Shown here piece after piece: positions 45,401-54,248 of a stretch of 64,000 nt of DNA; the stretch's first letter is position 1, and each line of letters opens with the position of its first letter. The stretch spans positions 32,001 through 96,000 of IMG/VR virus record IMGVR_UViG_3300021406_000010; one strand, 5' to 3'. A program made the translations under genes and the position numbers. This DNA comes from a virus. The notes beneath the pieces are model-generated. The model was not told the DNA's origin and did no database searches. It saw only the letters and a program-made list of their open reading frames with translations.

Positions 45401-45938
45401 ACAGGACGCCGCCCAGGCAGGAGGTGGTGGCGATCAGGTCGCTCCCGTAGCGCTCCAGCAGCTCCCAGTCGACCCGGGGGCGCCCGTAGAAGCCGGTAGC
45501 GAAGGACTCGCTGGAGGCCGCCCACAAGTCGTGCAGGCCCCTGTTGCCCTGCGCGATGAGGATGAGGTGGTCGCCGTTGACCAGCTGCTTCTGGGCCGCC
45601 TTAGCCGCCTGCACCTCGGCCTCAAGGCGGCGGATCTCCGGCGTGACGATGGTGCCGTCGCCATCCGCGAGGGCGGCCAGCCGGGCACGCTGCCCGGCGG
45701 TGTCCGGCGGGCGGGCGAGGCGGTCGGGCCGGAAGTAGGCCTCCATGCCGAGCAGTGGCTTGATCCCCGCCTTGTCGCACTCGGCCTGGTGCTGGACGTG
45801 CACGGCGGCGTTCCCGTGGTCGGTGCACGCGACGGCGGGGATCCCGAGGCTGGCGGCCATCGCGGCGACCTCGGCGGGAGTCTGCTCGCCGTCGAGGACG
45901 GACAAGTCGGTGTGGCAGTGCAGGTCGGCGTACGTCAT
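42480..45938 (-). CDS. dnaE: DNA polymerase III alpha subunit
   Basis: PHP domain LHCHTDLSVLDG / TDHGN / SDAHY; GPGRGSAAGS; FERFL..R..LPDFDLD; KVDML.LRNL; GMFQLE; IRPGP; YQED; ATG 45938. Confidence 0.95.
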   Translation of the reverse strand: MTYADLHCHTDLSVLDGEQTPAEVAAMAASLGIPAVACTDHGNAAVHVQHQAECDKAGIKPLLGMEAYFRPDRLARPPDTAGQRARLAALADGDGTIVTPEIRRLEAEVQAAKAAQKQLVNGDHLILIAQGNRGLHDLWAASSESFATGFYGRPRVDWELLERYGSDLIATTSCLGGVLSQDLLEGRVDEALDSLDRLRALFPGRLMLEVQPNEIPDQRRLNLMLQDIAREYRLPIVAASDAHYPSPAEEGLHRLWMACQAGKSKENYWNFSGMLSEDRARELLGYLDRDMLDAAFRNTLEIADRCTARVGGHVEPPVFTPGGTPDDDARALRQLCEAGWHQVPGTREYRDREDREFAMVARKGLAGCYLIVADLVSWCRSQGILVGPGRGSAAGSLMSHLTGITSVDPLRAGLMFERFLTEGRRELPDFDLDLPSSRRGQAQDYAIGKYGEEHVVRIGTVLRGGMKRSLAKLATVMAAILPDEAVGDMKVVSGLIEEAEAGTAGLGLPWDELVTDPQIARYAGRYPQLFEVAQALSGRVYAFGQHPAGLVISPGVPLAGRIPMRREEGGKGLMVTQWDFRSVEALGYMKVDMLTLRNLDSIARAVELIEARAGIALDLRGWEEEHLDPQVYDEIGTGQTLGMFQLETPLCSDYCERMKPGSISDLSDLTTIIRPGPRNSGAAEAYLRRRSGAEPVTYPHPLLEEHLKRSYGLMAYQEDILMACKIVAGYDDLEADGVRKMMGKKLTEKIEAAGEEFIRRCAERGHDEDQVRELWSAMAEFGKYAFGRAHAWCYSVLSYWTAWLMTHYPVEMTASILSTLKEMDRMAPFAVNARRRGISVLPPDVRFSGADFTCGPLSVTYGLKSVRGVGDAAVKAITRGQPYSSWDDFRSRSGARADVLRALVSAGALDAIIPSRRGIALLLQGARDGTATRCEHKDPAASGPGGLPCAYDWQAEAALQGERNAAVNAERMAAGKRALKLAVKGPPKRCTVACRQYSPPPSADPAAAAEYRASELYRQDREAYGTWMSPLPFAQLDRHGEGTRQQAREIALAASAARAGTFPIAGILAEWHPALTRAGTTMWWAAIDTEVSSLSMACFSPRRDDEPDVPGDLRRIRPGTLVLADAERRSYAVPGRGVRTGWRLAGITPIGD

Positions 45939-46006
45939 GGGCGGCCTTCCGGGGACAGGCCGGCCGTGCCACCCCGGGGAAAGTGGCACGGCCGGAGATC
46001 GGGTGG

Positions 46007-47038
46007 CTAGAAGGCGGGCGCCATGTCTTCCTGGTCGTCCTGGGGCGCCTGCGCGGCCTCGCGCTCAGCGAAATCGCGGTCGCCGTCCGCCGCCGGGGCG
46101 CGCTTCTTGACGCGGTCCCGGAACTTCTGGGCCGCCGGGGCGTCCACGGTGGGGGCAGAGGCGGAGGCAGTCTCGCTGGCGGCCTCGCCGTCCTCGTCCT
46201 CGCCGTCCTGGCCCTTGCGTCCGTAGCCGCCCTCGGGCTCCTCGCCCTCGATGAACCAGCGGCGGTAGTGGTCGAGGGTCGAGTGGTCCAGCAGGTATGT
46301 CTCCAGGTCGAAGCCGATCAGCTCCAGGGTGCTAGTGTAGGCCTCCCATGCTTTGGTGCCCGGGGCCAGGTCCGGGGTGGGCCGGAGGGTGGCGACCGTG
46401 TACTCGTTCTCCTTGCGGGTGACCTTGACGTCGGCGTCGGACCAGGTGCCGGTGATGTACGCGGACGCGGCCGGGGCGGCCCAGAACGTCTCGTAGTTCA
46501 TCGCGACGATGACGAGCTGCGGGACCTGGTGGACGTTGCCGTCCTTGTCCTTGTGCTCGGTCATCTTGTCCCGGAGGCCGACGGGCTTGCCGGTGGCGGG
46601 GTCCTTGACCAGCTCGCGGACGGCGGCGATTCCGTACGTGAGGTACCGGGTGCGGCTCATGTCCTTCTTGAACTTCGGGTCGGGCACCCCGGCCCACCTG
46701 TCGTGCAGGTAGCAGACACCGTCGTAGCCGTCCTCCCATCCTTCGAGCGGCATCCCGTCCGGGCCGCCCAGCCGGAACTGGCGGTCCTTGCGGCAGACGC
46801 CCCACATCTTGTCCGGCCACTTGTCGCCCTTGAAGCCCTCGGGCTGGGGCTTGGTCGGCATGTAGGAGTGGACCTCGAACGAGTAAACGTCGGCCTTGTC
46901 GGTGATAAGGCGGAGGTACACGGGGTCGTCCCCGTCCTTGATGATGAGCTGGTCCAGGCGGCCGAATGACCTCTTGCGTGCCCTGGCGATCTCGTCGGCG
47001 ATCTTCTCGGCGGCTTCCGCGCCCCTGCTGAGTGGCAC
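46007..47038 (-). CDS. Putative single-stranded DNA-binding protein
   Basis: 343 aa beside dnaE; aromatic-rich core, acidic tail ending PAF. Confidence 0.55.
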   Translation of the reverse strand: MPLSRGAEAAEKIADEIARARKRSFGRLDQLIIKDGDDPVYLRLITDKADVYSFEVHSYMPTKPQPEGFKGDKWPDKMWGVCRKDRQFRLGGPDGMPLEGWEDGYDGVCYLHDRWAGVPDPKFKKDMSRTRYLTYGIAAVRELVKDPATGKPVGLRDKMTEHKDKDGNVHQVPQLVIVAMNYETFWAAPAASAYITGTWSDADVKVTRKENEYTVATLRPTPDLAPGTKAWEAYTSTLELIGFDLETYLLDHSTLDHYRRWFIEGEEPEGGYGRKGQDGEDEDGEAASETASASAPTVDAPAAQKFRDRVKKRAPAADGDRDFAEREAAQAPQDDQEDMAPAF

Positions 47039-47058
47039 TGAGTGCCCCTTTCTCCCTG

Positions 47059-47964
47059 CTAGGTGACCTTCCGGGCGATGACCGTGCTCACGGCGTATCG
47101 TGCCATCTCGCTGGTCGCGCGCCCTGCTCCTGTCATGAACACAATACAGCCTTCATTGCTATCACGCCACACCCTCGGGCCGTCGCCCGGCCACGCCCCC
47201 ACGGCGAAGCGCATGAAAACCCCACGGGAGGAGAGCTCGGCCGCGATCATGCCCTGCCACCGCGACAGCTCCCCCCTGCCGGGCCAGGAGGAGGCCCCCT
47301 GGGGGTCGCGCATGCTGTACCACCCCCACTCCCACCCCTGCCGGGGCGGCGGCTCCTGCGGCCCCGGCGGGGACGCGGGGACGTGCATGAAGCCCCACTC
47401 CTGAAGCACCTGCTCCTGGGTCACCGTCACCCGGCGCCCCGCCAGCCACGCCCGCGCCCGCAGCGCGGCGGCCCGCAGCGCGGCGGCGCGCTCGATGCCC
47501 TCCCGGTTGTCCCGGTCGAGGAACAGGCCGCCCTCCGGCGTCAGGTCATAGGCCCGGCGGGTGGCCGGGTCGAGCAGCTGCAGCAGCGCGTAGCGCAGCC
47601 CCTCGTCCCTCGCCATCGGGTCGAGGGCCAAGTAGGCGAGGCGCAGCTCCCGGGTGGTGGCCCGGGTGGGCACGCCCAGCCTGCGGTAGTAGCCGCGCAC
47701 GTCGCGGACGGTCCAGGGGACCAGCTCCTGGCAGGACGACGCAAGGAAGACCGGGCCGCCCTCCCTGGCGACGCTCCAGCCGTCATCGGTAATGCGCTCC
47801 CCCGGCTCTGCCGTCCAGGCGGCGGGCTCCGCCATGGCGGACTGGGCCTCGGCGAACTCCCGGGAGGCCGAGGACAGGACCCTGGTGTAGTGCAGGACGC
47901 AGCGGGCGCCGAGGACCTCGTCCAGCCGCAGGTCCCCGCTGTCGCCGGTGAAGGGGCTACTCAC
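47059..47964 (-). CDS. DnaJ-like (degenerate J-domain) protein
   Basis: GYYRRLGV...ATTRELRLAY...QLLDPATRRAYD; no HPD. Confidence 0.6.
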   Translation of the reverse strand: MSSPFTGDSGDLRLDEVLGARCVLHYTRVLSSASREFAEAQSAMAEPAAWTAEPGERITDDGWSVAREGGPVFLASSCQELVPWTVRDVRGYYRRLGVPTRATTRELRLAYLALDPMARDEGLRYALLQLLDPATRRAYDLTPEGGLFLDRDNREGIERAAALRAAALRARAWLAGRRVTVTQEQVLQEWGFMHVPASPPGPQEPPPRQGWEWGWYSMRDPQGASSWPGRGELSRWQGMIAAELSSRGVFMRFAVGAWPGDGPRVWRDSNEGCIVFMTGAGRATSEMARYAVSTVIARKVT

Positions 47965-48400
47965 CGTCCTCCTGGTCCGGGCCGGGGGCCGCGCGTTCCT
48001 CGCCCGCAGCTTCGCCGACTTCCGGGGGCGGGTCCGGCAGCGGGACGTCCTCGGCATACACGGGCCGCAAGGCGCCGCTGCCCGCCTCGATGCCAGTGAC
48101 GCGGCCCGTCACCGCGCCGGTCTTCCTGATGCTCATGCCGTCCGTCCTCTCGTCGCCTTCCCCTAGCGTGCCACCTTCCGGCGGCCGGGTGGCCGGCTCC
48201 TCCGTCCACTGGCAGCCGCACGCCCGGCACCTGATGCACAGGTGCGGCCCGGCGCCGGGGTCCTCCTCGCAGGGGAACCCCGGCAGGGGCCCGAAGGTGA
48301 GCAGCGGGACCTCCTCATGGAAGGCGACGCTGGCGTCCTCCGCCCCGCAGGCGGGGCAAAGGTGCTGCGGATCGTGCGGGCGCAGGCCGTAGGGGCTCAC
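47957..48400 (-). CDS. Zn-ribbon hypothetical protein (possibly two genes; second start ATG 48136)
   Basis: CPACG...CRACGCQW; GTG 48400. Confidence 0.5.
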   Translation of the reverse strand: MSPYGLRPHDPQHLCPACGAEDASVAFHEEVPLLTFGPLPGFPCEEDPGAGPHLCIRCRACGCQWTEEPATRPPEGGTLGEGDERTDGMSIRKTGAVTGRVTGIEAGSGALRPVYAEDVPLPDPPPEVGEAAGEERAAPGPDQEDGE

Positions 48401-48750
48401 CCCGGGCCCCGGCCTAGCGCGGCGCTCATCGAGGCGACCGCCTCCGGGTTCAGCGCGCGCCATGGCGCCCACGAGTCGTCGTCCAGCTTGTGCTCCATCC
48501 ACCCCGGGACATCCGGCGTCGGCTCGAACGACGGCTCGCCCGCCGCGCACCGCTCGCACTGGTAGCCCAGGTGCTCAGCGCAGAAGTACAGCCCGCAGCC
48601 GTCCTCGCCGCCGAGCGGCACCTCCCCGGCGCAGACGAAGGCCAGCCCCCGGTCAATCGCCGCGCCGCAGCCGGCACGGTCGCACGTCGCGGGCACCCCG
48701 TACCCGATGTCCCGCTGCCACCTGGCGTCGTACCCTACTGCCCAGCTCAC
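48397..48750 (-). CDS. Conserved phage Cys-rich protein
   Basis: RDIGYGVPATCD..GC...IDRGLAFVC...GCGLYFC..H. Confidence 0.7.
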   Translation of the reverse strand: MSWAVGYDARWQRDIGYGVPATCDRAGCGAAIDRGLAFVCAGEVPLGGEDGCGLYFCAEHLGYQCERCAAGEPSFEPTPDVPGWMEHKLDDDSWAPWRALNPEAVASMSAALGRGPG

Positions 48751-48769
48751 GGAATGCTCCTTTCGCCCT

Positions 48770-48917
48770 ACAGTGCAGTTCGCTTCCCGTGTCCCCGCAA
48801 TCCGATCTGCACTTGTGCACTATCAGCCTGTCAGCGAGTATTTCCGATAGTAAGTTCTGCACTGGTATCTGCACTTCAGTGCACATCTTCTGCACTCACT
48901 CCCCCGGAAGTGCACTG
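48770..48917. repeat. TGCA(C) repeat cluster, putative replication origin
   Basis: About 8 CTGCAC/GTGCAC copies in about 145 bp of lower-GC DNA at the 3' end of the primase-helicase gene. Confidence 0.55.
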
Positions 48918-51307
48918 CCGGAGAACGGCAGGCGCACCTGCAGGCCGGGGAAGCCCGCCCAGCCGTTGCCCCGGTAGTACTCGTGCTCCTTGCGCAGGCT
49001 CGCCGTCAGCCACCTCTGCGCCCGGGGCGGCATGTGCCCCTCGCGCTTGCACCACGCCGCGTACGAGGTCCAGATGTCAGCGCAGCTGCGGCTGACCGCG
49101 TACCTCTCGGGCGGGACGACCTCCAGGCAGTCCTCGGCGAACTGCGCCACGATGTCCTCGTCCTTGCGGTAAGACTCGGCGGCCTCGACTGCCGCCCCGG
49201 GCACCTGCAGGCCCCGCCGCCGCCATTGCACGGCTCCCTCGATGATCCAGGCGAGGATGCCCTCCCCCTCCTCGCGGACCAGACGGCGCTGCAGGTCCCG
49301 GTCGCGGTGCTCCTCGGGGATGACCACCGGCCAGGTGATCAGCCGGACGCGCCGCCAGGTGGCGCCGTCATCAGAGACGCGGGGCAGGTGGTTGGTGGTC
49401 AGGTGTATTTTGCCGACCGGCTTGAACTCGAAGAAGTCGTTGCGCATGAAGCGGGCCGCCACGGCGTCCTCGCCGGTCAGCTGCTTCAGCTTCTGCTCGT
49501 CGAGGCTCTTCCCGGCCTTGGTCTCGCTTGCCCCCAGCCAGCGGCGGCCGACCATCCTGGCCACGTCATTCGGGATCCGGCCGTCAATGGAGGACGCCAT
49601 CAGGGTCTCGACCGGGAGGGTCTGGGAATAGCTGCCCAGCAGGTGGCTGATGACGTTGTGGAAGACGCCCTTGCCGTTCGCGCCGCTGCCATGATGCAGG
49701 AAGAAGACCTGCTCCGAGGTGTCGCCAGTCGCGCAGTAGCCGGCGATCAGCTGCAGGTAGAAGCGGATCGTCGGGTCCGGCTGCACCGTGGCGAGGAACG
49801 CCTCCCACTGCGGCGCCCTCGCCCCCGGCCGGTAGGCGGCCATGCACTGCAGCGTCATCCGGTCCTCGGGATCGTGCGGGCGCCGCTCCCCGGTGGCCAG
49901 GTCCACCACCCCGTCGGTGACGTTCAGGGCCATCGGGTCGGCGTCGAATGTCGCCTGGTCGATCTGCATCAGGGGAAGGCCGCGCGCCAGCTTGTTGGCG
50001 ACGTTAACGGCCTTAGCGGTCTGCTGCTTCTTGACCCATTCCAGGAAGCGGTCGCGGGGCGACGGCAGGACGGTACCGTCGGCGGCCACGTCCGCCTCGT
50101 CGTCGAAGGACATCGCCTCCGTGTCCGCCAGGGTCCGCAGCATCACCTGGGCGGCCCACTCCCCTGCCTCCGGCACGTCGGTGACCCACACGCCGGCCTT
50201 GTAGCGCATCCAGGTGCGCTGGGTGGGGTTCCACCGCAGGGTATCCCCGTAGCGGTCGGCCATCCGGTCAGCCAGCCCGAACTCATTCTGGGGCCGGGCC
50301 GGCCAGTCGGCCTGGGTGGCCTGCCACTGGATGACGCGCGGCTCGGCAAGGCCCTTGCGCCACCCGCTCGTGAACGTCCGGTTGGCCTCCCCCTCGCCGA
50401 GGCCAGCCGCGCGGGCCGCGTCGCACAGCGCGGCCCGCGCCTCCGCCTCCGACAGGATGCCCGCCCCGCCGAGGGTGCCGAGGGAGAAGGCGGCGGCGTT
50501 CAGCGTGTCGTTGCGCTCGCCGGACGGGGCGTCCCGGACCCGGGCGGCCTCGGCCCGCAGCGCGGCCTCCGCGTACCGGCGGGTCGACCCGGCCGCCTCG
50601 GCGGGGAACGCGCCGGCGAGCGCGCTGCCGTTCTGCACCCTGTCGTGGCCCCGCAGCAGGTCTATGAGCCAGCCAGGCGCCTCGGCCGGGTCGATGTCAT
50701 GGGCCGGGCTGAGCTCGTAGGCGCCCTTCGCCGAGACGGATGGCGGCGCGACGATGAAGCCGTTCTCGCCGCGCACGTCCAGGCCCCTGCCGAGGGCCTT
50801 CCCGGCGGAGTTGCGGATGTCGAAGCCAGGGTGGGCGAACAGGTAGTGCACGCCGCCGGAGCCGGTATGGTGCACCCGGGTCTCCGGCAGCGGGCCGTGG
50901 CGGCGCTCGTAGCCGGCCAGCGTGGGATCTCCCCCGTTGTAGGTGTCGACGTCCATCGCGAAGATCCCGGACCGCCGGCCGGTGACGATGCCGATGTTGG
51001 CGTAGGGCCACCACTCCGTGGCGGGCATCATCGCCTCCGGCCGCCACCAGCCGGCGACCTCATCGACGTCGCTGCTGGCGAAGTCAGGCCATGACTGGTG
51101 CACCGGGTGCTTGCCTGGGCTGGCGCACTGCGCCCCGGCATGGCAGGAGCAGTGCCCGTCAGGGCCTATCCAGCGGACCGGCATGACCTGCCAGCCGCGC
51201 CGGGCGTACGACAGGGCGGAGTCCAGCAGCTCCTGACGGCGCTCCTCGTCAGGGGCGTCCAGGACCGGCGGGAGGGCGCCGCCGGGGGGGTCGTCCTGCG
51301 CCGTCAT
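48896..51307 (-). CDS. Bifunctional primase-polymerase fused to a P4/D5-family SF3 helicase
   Basis: GKHP, NIGIVTG..SG...DVD, TGSGGVH, LDVRG..GFIVAPPS; RNDTLN; GSGANGKG; LTGED.VAARF; WRRV. Confidence 0.92.
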   Translation of the reverse strand: MTAQDDPPGGALPPVLDAPDEERRQELLDSALSYARRGWQVMPVRWIGPDGHCSCHAGAQCASPGKHPVHQSWPDFASSDVDEVAGWWRPEAMMPATEWWPYANIGIVTGRRSGIFAMDVDTYNGGDPTLAGYERRHGPLPETRVHHTGSGGVHYLFAHPGFDIRNSAGKALGRGLDVRGENGFIVAPPSVSAKGAYELSPAHDIDPAEAPGWLIDLLRGHDRVQNGSALAGAFPAEAAGSTRRYAEAALRAEAARVRDAPSGERNDTLNAAAFSLGTLGGAGILSEAEARAALCDAARAAGLGEGEANRTFTSGWRKGLAEPRVIQWQATQADWPARPQNEFGLADRMADRYGDTLRWNPTQRTWMRYKAGVWVTDVPEAGEWAAQVMLRTLADTEAMSFDDEADVAADGTVLPSPRDRFLEWVKKQQTAKAVNVANKLARGLPLMQIDQATFDADPMALNVTDGVVDLATGERRPHDPEDRMTLQCMAAYRPGARAPQWEAFLATVQPDPTIRFYLQLIAGYCATGDTSEQVFFLHHGSGANGKGVFHNVISHLLGSYSQTLPVETLMASSIDGRIPNDVARMVGRRWLGASETKAGKSLDEQKLKQLTGEDAVAARFMRNDFFEFKPVGKIHLTTNHLPRVSDDGATWRRVRLITWPVVIPEEHRDRDLQRRLVREEGEGILAWIIEGAVQWRRRGLQVPGAAVEAAESYRKDEDIVAQFAEDCLEVVPPERYAVSRSCADIWTSYAAWCKREGHMPPRAQRWLTASLRKEHEYYRGNGWAGFPGLQVRLPFSGSALPGE

Positions 51308-51615
51308 GGCGCGTCATCGCCCCGCGCCTCGGCGAGGAGGGGAAGCGCGAAGAACGAGTCGTGTCCCGGGCCGAACCGGGCCACGGTGACCGGGGCGCCG
51401 CGCCAGTAGCCGCCGTGAGGCCCGAACGCCTGGCGGCACACGGCCATGGCGTCCCCGGGGCCGAAGCGCTCCAGGAACCCGCCCGTCACCTCCCGGGCGC
51501 GGAAGTGCGGCAGGTGGGGACCGCAGCAGCGGGTGATCTCCGCGATCACGTAGTCGTGGAACTCAAGGTGGGCAAGGGTCTGACGGGATGCGAAATCCGG
51601 TGACGTGGTCACCAT
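51304..51615 (-). CDS. Hypothetical protein
   Basis: 103 aa; coupled to primase. Confidence 0.65.
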   Translation of the reverse strand: MVTTSPDFASRQTLAHLEFHDYVIAEITRCCGPHLPHFRAREVTGGFLERFGPGDAMAVCRQAFGPHGGYWRGAPVTVARFGPGHDSFFALPLLAEARGDDAP

Positions 51616-51665
51616 GGAGGGACACCTTCCGGGGTTTTGAGGATCCGTCGTGAAGGCCGTGCACG

Positions 51666-51684
51666 CTGGCCCCTGAGGGGCCAG
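51666..51684. terminator. Hairpin
   Basis: CTGGCCCC-TGA-GGGGCCAG after the exonuclease stop. Confidence 0.4.
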
Positions 51685-51695
51685 GCACTACCGGG

Positions 51696-52580
51696 TCACT
51701 GCCAGAGCGCCCCCCTCTCCGCCCGCGCGGCGAGCGACGACAGCTCGTAGCGCCGCAGGAAGCCGGTCAGGCCCCCGGTGACGGCGCCCTCCCACCTGGC
51801 AGCCTCCCAGAAGCCGTCCCCGGAGGGTACCCCTGGCTGGCGCGGCGGGTCGGCCAGCTCCATGATGTCCTTCCATGCCTCCACCGGGGCTTCCGGGTCG
51901 CCCAGCGTGGCCCTGTCCAGCGCGGGCAGCGGCCAGCGGAACCCCGACCCGGCCAGCGCCTGCACGGCGCGGGCCGGGCCGATGCCGCGCACCCCGGGAA
52001 TGCCGTCGGACGCGTCCCCCGCCAGGGCCCGTAGGCACGGCAGCAGGCGGGGGTGCGCGCGCCACCTGCGCTCGACGTCCACGTCCCGGTCCGGCGGGAC
52101 GCCCCGCAGCGTGGCGCGCTCAGTGCGGCCGTCAAGCAGCTGCAGCAGGTCATCGTCGCAGGACCAGATGACGATGCGCTCGCCGGGCAGGCCCCGGGAG
52201 GCAGCCCGCCACAGGGCCGCGATCACGTCATCGGCCTCAAACCCGGGCACCGTCACCTGGGGGATCCCGGCGGCATCGACCAGCTCGCGGGCCTGGGCCT
52301 CCTCCAGGCCGCCATCGCGCGCCCGGGGGCGACGGCCCCGCTTGTACGGCCCCCACAGGGACCGGCGCCAGTCCAGGCCGCCGGGGCCGTCCCACGCGAC
52401 CACGACCCGGCCAGGGCGCGTCTCGCGCACCCGCGCGGCCAGGGTCCCGGCGAGCATCATCAAGGTGGCGGTGGGCGTCCCGTCAGCGGCATGAAGCCCG
52501 CTGCCCCGCGCGGCGCGGCTGCACCTGACGAGCAGCCCGGTCCCGTCCGCCAGCAGGACGGGGCCGTCAGGCGCGGGCAC
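51696..52580 (-). CDS. 5'-3' exonuclease (PolI N-terminal / FEN-like)
   Basis: LLADG, VVAWD, YKRGR, FEADDVIA, DDDLLQL, LAGDASDGIPGVRGIG; GTG 52580. Confidence 0.88.
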   Translation of the reverse strand: MPAPDGPVLLADGTGLLVRCSRAARGSGLHAADGTPTATLMMLAGTLAARVRETRPGRVVVAWDGPGGLDWRRSLWGPYKRGRRPRARDGGLEEAQARELVDAAGIPQVTVPGFEADDVIAALWRAASRGLPGERIVIWSCDDDLLQLLDGRTERATLRGVPPDRDVDVERRWRAHPRLLPCLRALAGDASDGIPGVRGIGPARAVQALAGSGFRWPLPALDRATLGDPEAPVEAWKDIMELADPPRQPGVPSGDGFWEAARWEGAVTGGLTGFLRRYELSSLAARAERGALWQ

Positions 52581-53007
52581 CGCTGGCCTGCCGCGCCGCT
52601 GGCGCGTCCTCGCCGAGGCCGTACAGGATGGTGACGGCCCTGACCACGCCGAGGACCTCCTCCAGCCGCTGGTCCGCCGCCGTCCTGGCATCCGGCCCCG
52701 TGCCGTGGAAGGCGCCGAGGGCATGCAGGCTCCGGGCCATCGGCTCGATGTCGGCAAGCGAGAACAGCCGGGCGGAATCTGCCTTGTCGGGGTCGGAGCG
52801 GAGGAACTCCATCGGGGTGCCGTCAGGGCTGACGAACCAGGTCAGCGGGTGATCAGGATCCGGGGAAAGCTTGCCGCGCAGCCAGGAGGCGCTCTTGCCG
52901 AAGAACGTGCGGGCGGCCTCGTCCACCCGCCACACGGGCGTCTGCTTGCGGTGCCAGTCCCGGCTGGCGATCGCTTCCCTCGTCACGATCGGCTGGCGCA
53001 CTGCCAT
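52567..53007 (-). CDS. Putative MerR-like HTH protein
   Basis: VDEAARTFFGKSASWLR...ARLFSLADIE. Confidence 0.55.
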   Translation of the reverse strand: MAVRQPIVTREAIASRDWHRKQTPVWRVDEAARTFFGKSASWLRGKLSPDPDHPLTWFVSPDGTPMEFLRSDPDKADSARLFSLADIEPMARSLHALGAFHGTGPDARTAADQRLEEVLGVVRAVTILYGLGEDAPAARQASGARA

Positions 53008-53030
53008 CTGTCCCTGTCCTCCTCAGTCAG

Positions 53031-53069
53031 CGGCGCGGCCCCGCCGGTTGCCTCCCGGGGGCCGCGCCG
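53031..53069. terminator. Hairpin
   Basis: CGGCGCGGCCCC...GGGGCCGCGCCG 12-bp stem, intergenic. Confidence 0.5.
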
Positions 53070-53087
53070 TCTCTCGCCCTCTCAGGC

Positions 53088-53816
53088 TTACTTCTTCGGT
53101 GCGTGCAGCGACGCCGTCGGCGCGCTGCGGGTGGTGATCGCCGCGAGGATCTGAAGTCCCCGCAGCGGGTGGCGCCGGATCCAGTGCGCCATCTTGACGT
53201 GGTCCAGCACCCGGACGGACCGGGTAAGCCCGTTGTACTCGGCCTGGGTGACCTTGCCGTCGGCCAGCAGCCTTAGCAGGACTGCCCCCGCCGGCTCGGC
53301 CTTGCCCTTGACGTACCTCTGCTGCCATGCGTCCTGGTAGCCCTCGACGGGCACCTCGAATGGCTTTTCCGGCTGGGCGGCGAGCAGGTGGCCCTTGCCC
53401 TTGCCGGACTCGATGACGGTGACGGGAAGGCCCGCCTCGCGGGCGAGGTGGTCCTGGTGGACTCGGATCATCTCCTGGACGGCGGTGCGCCGCTTGCCGA
53501 TCTCGTCGTTCACCGCGTCGATGGCGCTGACTTCCTCGGTCAGCGCCTTCACCTCGGCGGCCTCCAGCCGCCTTGCCTCGGTCGGGCTCACCCTCCCGAA
53601 CACCTCGGGCAGGTGGCGCAGCGCCCCGAGCAGGCCCTCGGTCAGCGGGACCTGCTCGACGGGGTCAGGCGCCGGGGGAACCTCGGGGGCCGCCGCCGGG
53701 CGGGCGAGAAGGTCGGCGAGCTTCTCGATGGTCCAGGGCTTGTCTCCCTGGACCATCGACAGGACGCCGGGGGCTACTGCCTGGTCGAGGGCAGTGCTCG
53801 CGGTCGCTTCAGTCAT
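53088..53816 (-). CDS. Hypothetical protein (242 aa)
   Basis: ATG 53816 after GAAGGAAG and a promoter motif. Confidence 0.7.
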   Translation of the reverse strand: MTEATASTALDQAVAPGVLSMVQGDKPWTIEKLADLLARPAAAPEVPPAPDPVEQVPLTEGLLGALRHLPEVFGRVSPTEARRLEAAEVKALTEEVSAIDAVNDEIGKRRTAVQEMIRVHQDHLAREAGLPVTVIESGKGKGHLLAAQPEKPFEVPVEGYQDAWQQRYVKGKAEPAGAVLLRLLADGKVTQAEYNGLTRSVRVLDHVKMAHWIRRHPLRGLQILAAITTRSAPTASLHAPKK

Positions 53817-53852
53817 GATGCTTCCTTCGGGTCGGGTGTTGCTGTCGTGCCG

Positions 53853-53875
53853 ATGATAGCAAGAAAACCTGCTAT
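53853..53875 (-). promoter_or_regulatory. Conserved promoter/operator motif copy
   Basis: ATAGCAGGTTTTCTTGCTATCAT on the - strand, heading the replication block. Confidence 0.7.
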
Positions 53876-53888
53876 CAGGCAACCAGGG

Positions 53889-54248
53889 CTAGTCGTCCCC
53901 GCCGGGGTCGACGTTCCAGGCCGGCTCGTTGCGACGGGGCTCCTCGTGCCGCCTGATGTCGTCCTCGTGGGAGGCGTAGAACTTGTCGGCCACCTCCTGC
54001 GCCACGGCGGACAGCCCGCCGATGGTGGCCGCGAACTCCTTCAGCTCCTCCGCCGGCGGATCGTTGACGGGTGCCTCCTCGACACGGGCCACGATGCCCG
54101 TGAAGTCCTCCGCGAGCCCCTCGAACAGGGCCGGGAGGCCGGCGAAGAATCCCATGATCGACGCGGCGTTGTCGAACTGGATCCCGCTGAGGACCTCGGA
54201 GACGTGGTCCTTCAGCTCCGTGAGCGCCGGTGATGGTGATGGTGCCAT
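53889..54248 (-). CDS. TraA-like plasmid transfer accessory protein (119 aa)
   Basis: AGGAG RBS before ATG 54248; LPALF...PV...HEDDIRRHEEPR.NE..WNV resembles actinomycete plasmid transfer proteins; in frame with the upstream ORF. Confidence 0.5.
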   Translation of the reverse strand: MAPSPSPALTELKDHVSEVLSGIQFDNAASIMGFFAGLPALFEGLAEDFTGIVARVEEAPVNDPPAEELKEFAATIGGLSAVAQEVADKFYASHEDDIRRHEEPRRNEPAWNVDPGGDD

